Shown here: piece after piece, positions 61,509 through 64,000 of the stretch
Layout of the letters: each line of letters begins with the position of its first letter
Position numbering within the stretch: position 1 is the stretch's first letter
NCBI GenBank assembly: GCA_963791435.1
Contig: CAWBSL010000001.1
Location: 1,553,817-1,617,816 of the forward strand
DNA: 64,000 nt
Source: Candidatus Dormiibacterota bacterium
GTDB taxonomy: Bacteria; Chloroflexota; Dormibacteria; Aeolococcales; Aeolococcaceae
Direction: 5' to 3'
The notes under the pieces: model-generated
What the model was told of the DNA's origin: nothing
Seen by the model: the letters and a program-made list of their open reading frames with translations, nothing else
Database searches by the model: none
Program-made: the position numbers and the translations under genes

Positions 61509-61623
61509 CAGGAGGGGTGACCCGCGCCAGCGCTCAGCTTGCCCGCTCCCTCCTTCGCGCAAGCAAATTGTCGCGCTCTCTCGGGAGCGGTCAAATTCGC
61601 CGTGGTGCGGGTCACCCCTCCTG
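61509..61623. repeat. palindromic REP/MITE-like element, copy B (17-bp perfect terminal inverted repeat caggaggggtgacccgc / gcgggtcacccctcctg, inner IR cccgctccc/gggagcgg, core cgcgcaagcaaattgtcgcgc)
   Basis: Between the convergent 3' ends of the MaoC gene and the acyl-CoA synthetase. The reverse complement of its interior aligns with copy A (cgcgcaagcNNattgtcgc conserved). Confidence 0.7.
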
Positions 61624-61649
61624 CTCCGCTGGGTCACCACGTGGTTAGA

Positions 61650-63335
<1,686 letters not shown>

Positions 63336-63392
63336 GCGCTCCTCATCTTCTGTGGGATCTGGCGCACGATTCTGACGGTCCTTAGGTGCGGT

Positions 63393-64000
63393 TCATGCAC
63401 TCCGTGAGCGTATCGCCCGAGCCGTGTCCATGAGGCGCTCAGCGCGTGCCGGGTCCACCCGGCTCCAGGTATCGCCGTCGACCTTCAGGCTGGTGCCGAC
63501 GATCACACCGTCGGCGACGGCGAAAATCTCGTCGAGTCGCTCCGCGTTGACGCCGGTGTTGGCGAAGACCGGCATGTCGGGCACCGCATCCTTGGCGGTG
63601 CACAGGTCGCTCATCGCGAAAGGCACGCCGGCTGCCGGGCCGGAGATGAGGATCGCATCGACACCCAGGAAGGCCGCGCTGCGGGCGCGATCCGCGATCC
63701 CGCGAGTGCCGAGCGCGCTGCTGAACTCCGGCGAGATGTTGTCGAAGAGGGCCACGTCATCGGCGCCGATGGCGGTGCGATACCCGGCGAGATCGCCGAT
63801 CGCCGGCGCGATGACACCGAGGTCACTTTCGTAGACGCCGGTGAGCACCTCGCGGATGAACGTCGCGCCTGTCGCCCGAGCGACGGCGAGGGTCGACTTC
63901 GCGTCCCAGAGGATGTTCACTCCGAAGGGAACTCGGACCGACGCGCGCAGCTCGCCGATGACCGCCGCCATCGCCGCGGGTATTTCGGGTCCGACCACAA
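63393..64000 (-). CDS. BtpA/SgcQ-family TIM-barrel protein (3'-partial in window; N-terminus beyond 64000)
   Basis: ...GVNILWDAKSTLAVA...GVDAILISGPAAG...VFANTGVNAERL pattern. The ORF runs off the window end. Confidence 0.7.
   Translation of the reverse strand, partial: VVGPEIPAAMAAVIGELRASVRVPFGVNILWDAKSTLAVARATGATFIREVLTGVYESDLGVIAPAIGDLAGYRTAIGADDVALFDNISPEFSSALGTRGIADRARSAAFLGVDAILISGPAAGVPFAMSDLCTAKDAVPDMPVFANTGVNAERLDEIFAVADGVIVGTSLKVDGDTWSRVDPARAERLMDTARAIRSRSA

Overview
This is a 64-kb, very GC-rich (~70%), gene-dense bacterial chromosomal window. It shows frequent GTG starts and ATGA/GTGA start-stop overlaps, which suggests Actinomycetota or Chloroflexota, but no phylum can be assigned from sequence alone. 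Coding content runs in order as follows. At the 5' end there is an aldehyde dehydrogenase tail, a DUF779 protein, a DinB-like protein, a fatty-acid-CoA ligase and a DAHP synthase with a C-terminal chorismate mutase fusion. Next come glutamate synthase gltBD and a large membrane GT2 processive glycosyltransferase (QxxRW motif) with a Pro/Ser/Thr-rich tail. After these lie small membrane proteins, a PsiE-like protein and an HxlR-MFS divergent pair. A phosphoketolase (xfp)-acetate kinase operon follows, then a Kelch beta-propeller protein and a lipoprotein. A large aromatic and branched-chain catabolic block comes next: a dienelactone hydrolase, PaaI and PaaK, MaoC, two crotonases, BCKDH E1a/E1b/E2, ilvE, an RraA-like gene, then paaABCDE on the minus strand divergent from hppD. 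A hydroxyacid and C2/C3 island follows: two cupins, a D-2-hydroxyacid dehydrogenase, class V and class III aminotransferases, a GH63 glucosidase, a DapA-family gene, a FAD oxidase, glycolate oxidase glcDEF and an alanine-glyoxylate aminotransferase. Then comes a TM-GGDEF-EAL-REC signalling protein. The 3' part is a coenzyme F420 neighbourhood: fgd, a PPOX-family enzyme, cofD-cofE-cofC with a DMT transporter, and a Ddn-like reductase. The window ends with a MaoC gene, an acyl-CoA synthetase and a partial BtpA gene. No rRNA, tRNA, CRISPR array, transposase or integrase was seen. Two things stand out. The first is a pair of about 115-120 nt palindromic REP/MITE-like elements with covarying stems, each sitting between convergent gene ends. 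The second is six single-nucleotide frameshifts in otherwise well-conserved enzyme genes. These probably reflect residual indel errors in the assembly, or less likely pseudogenisation.
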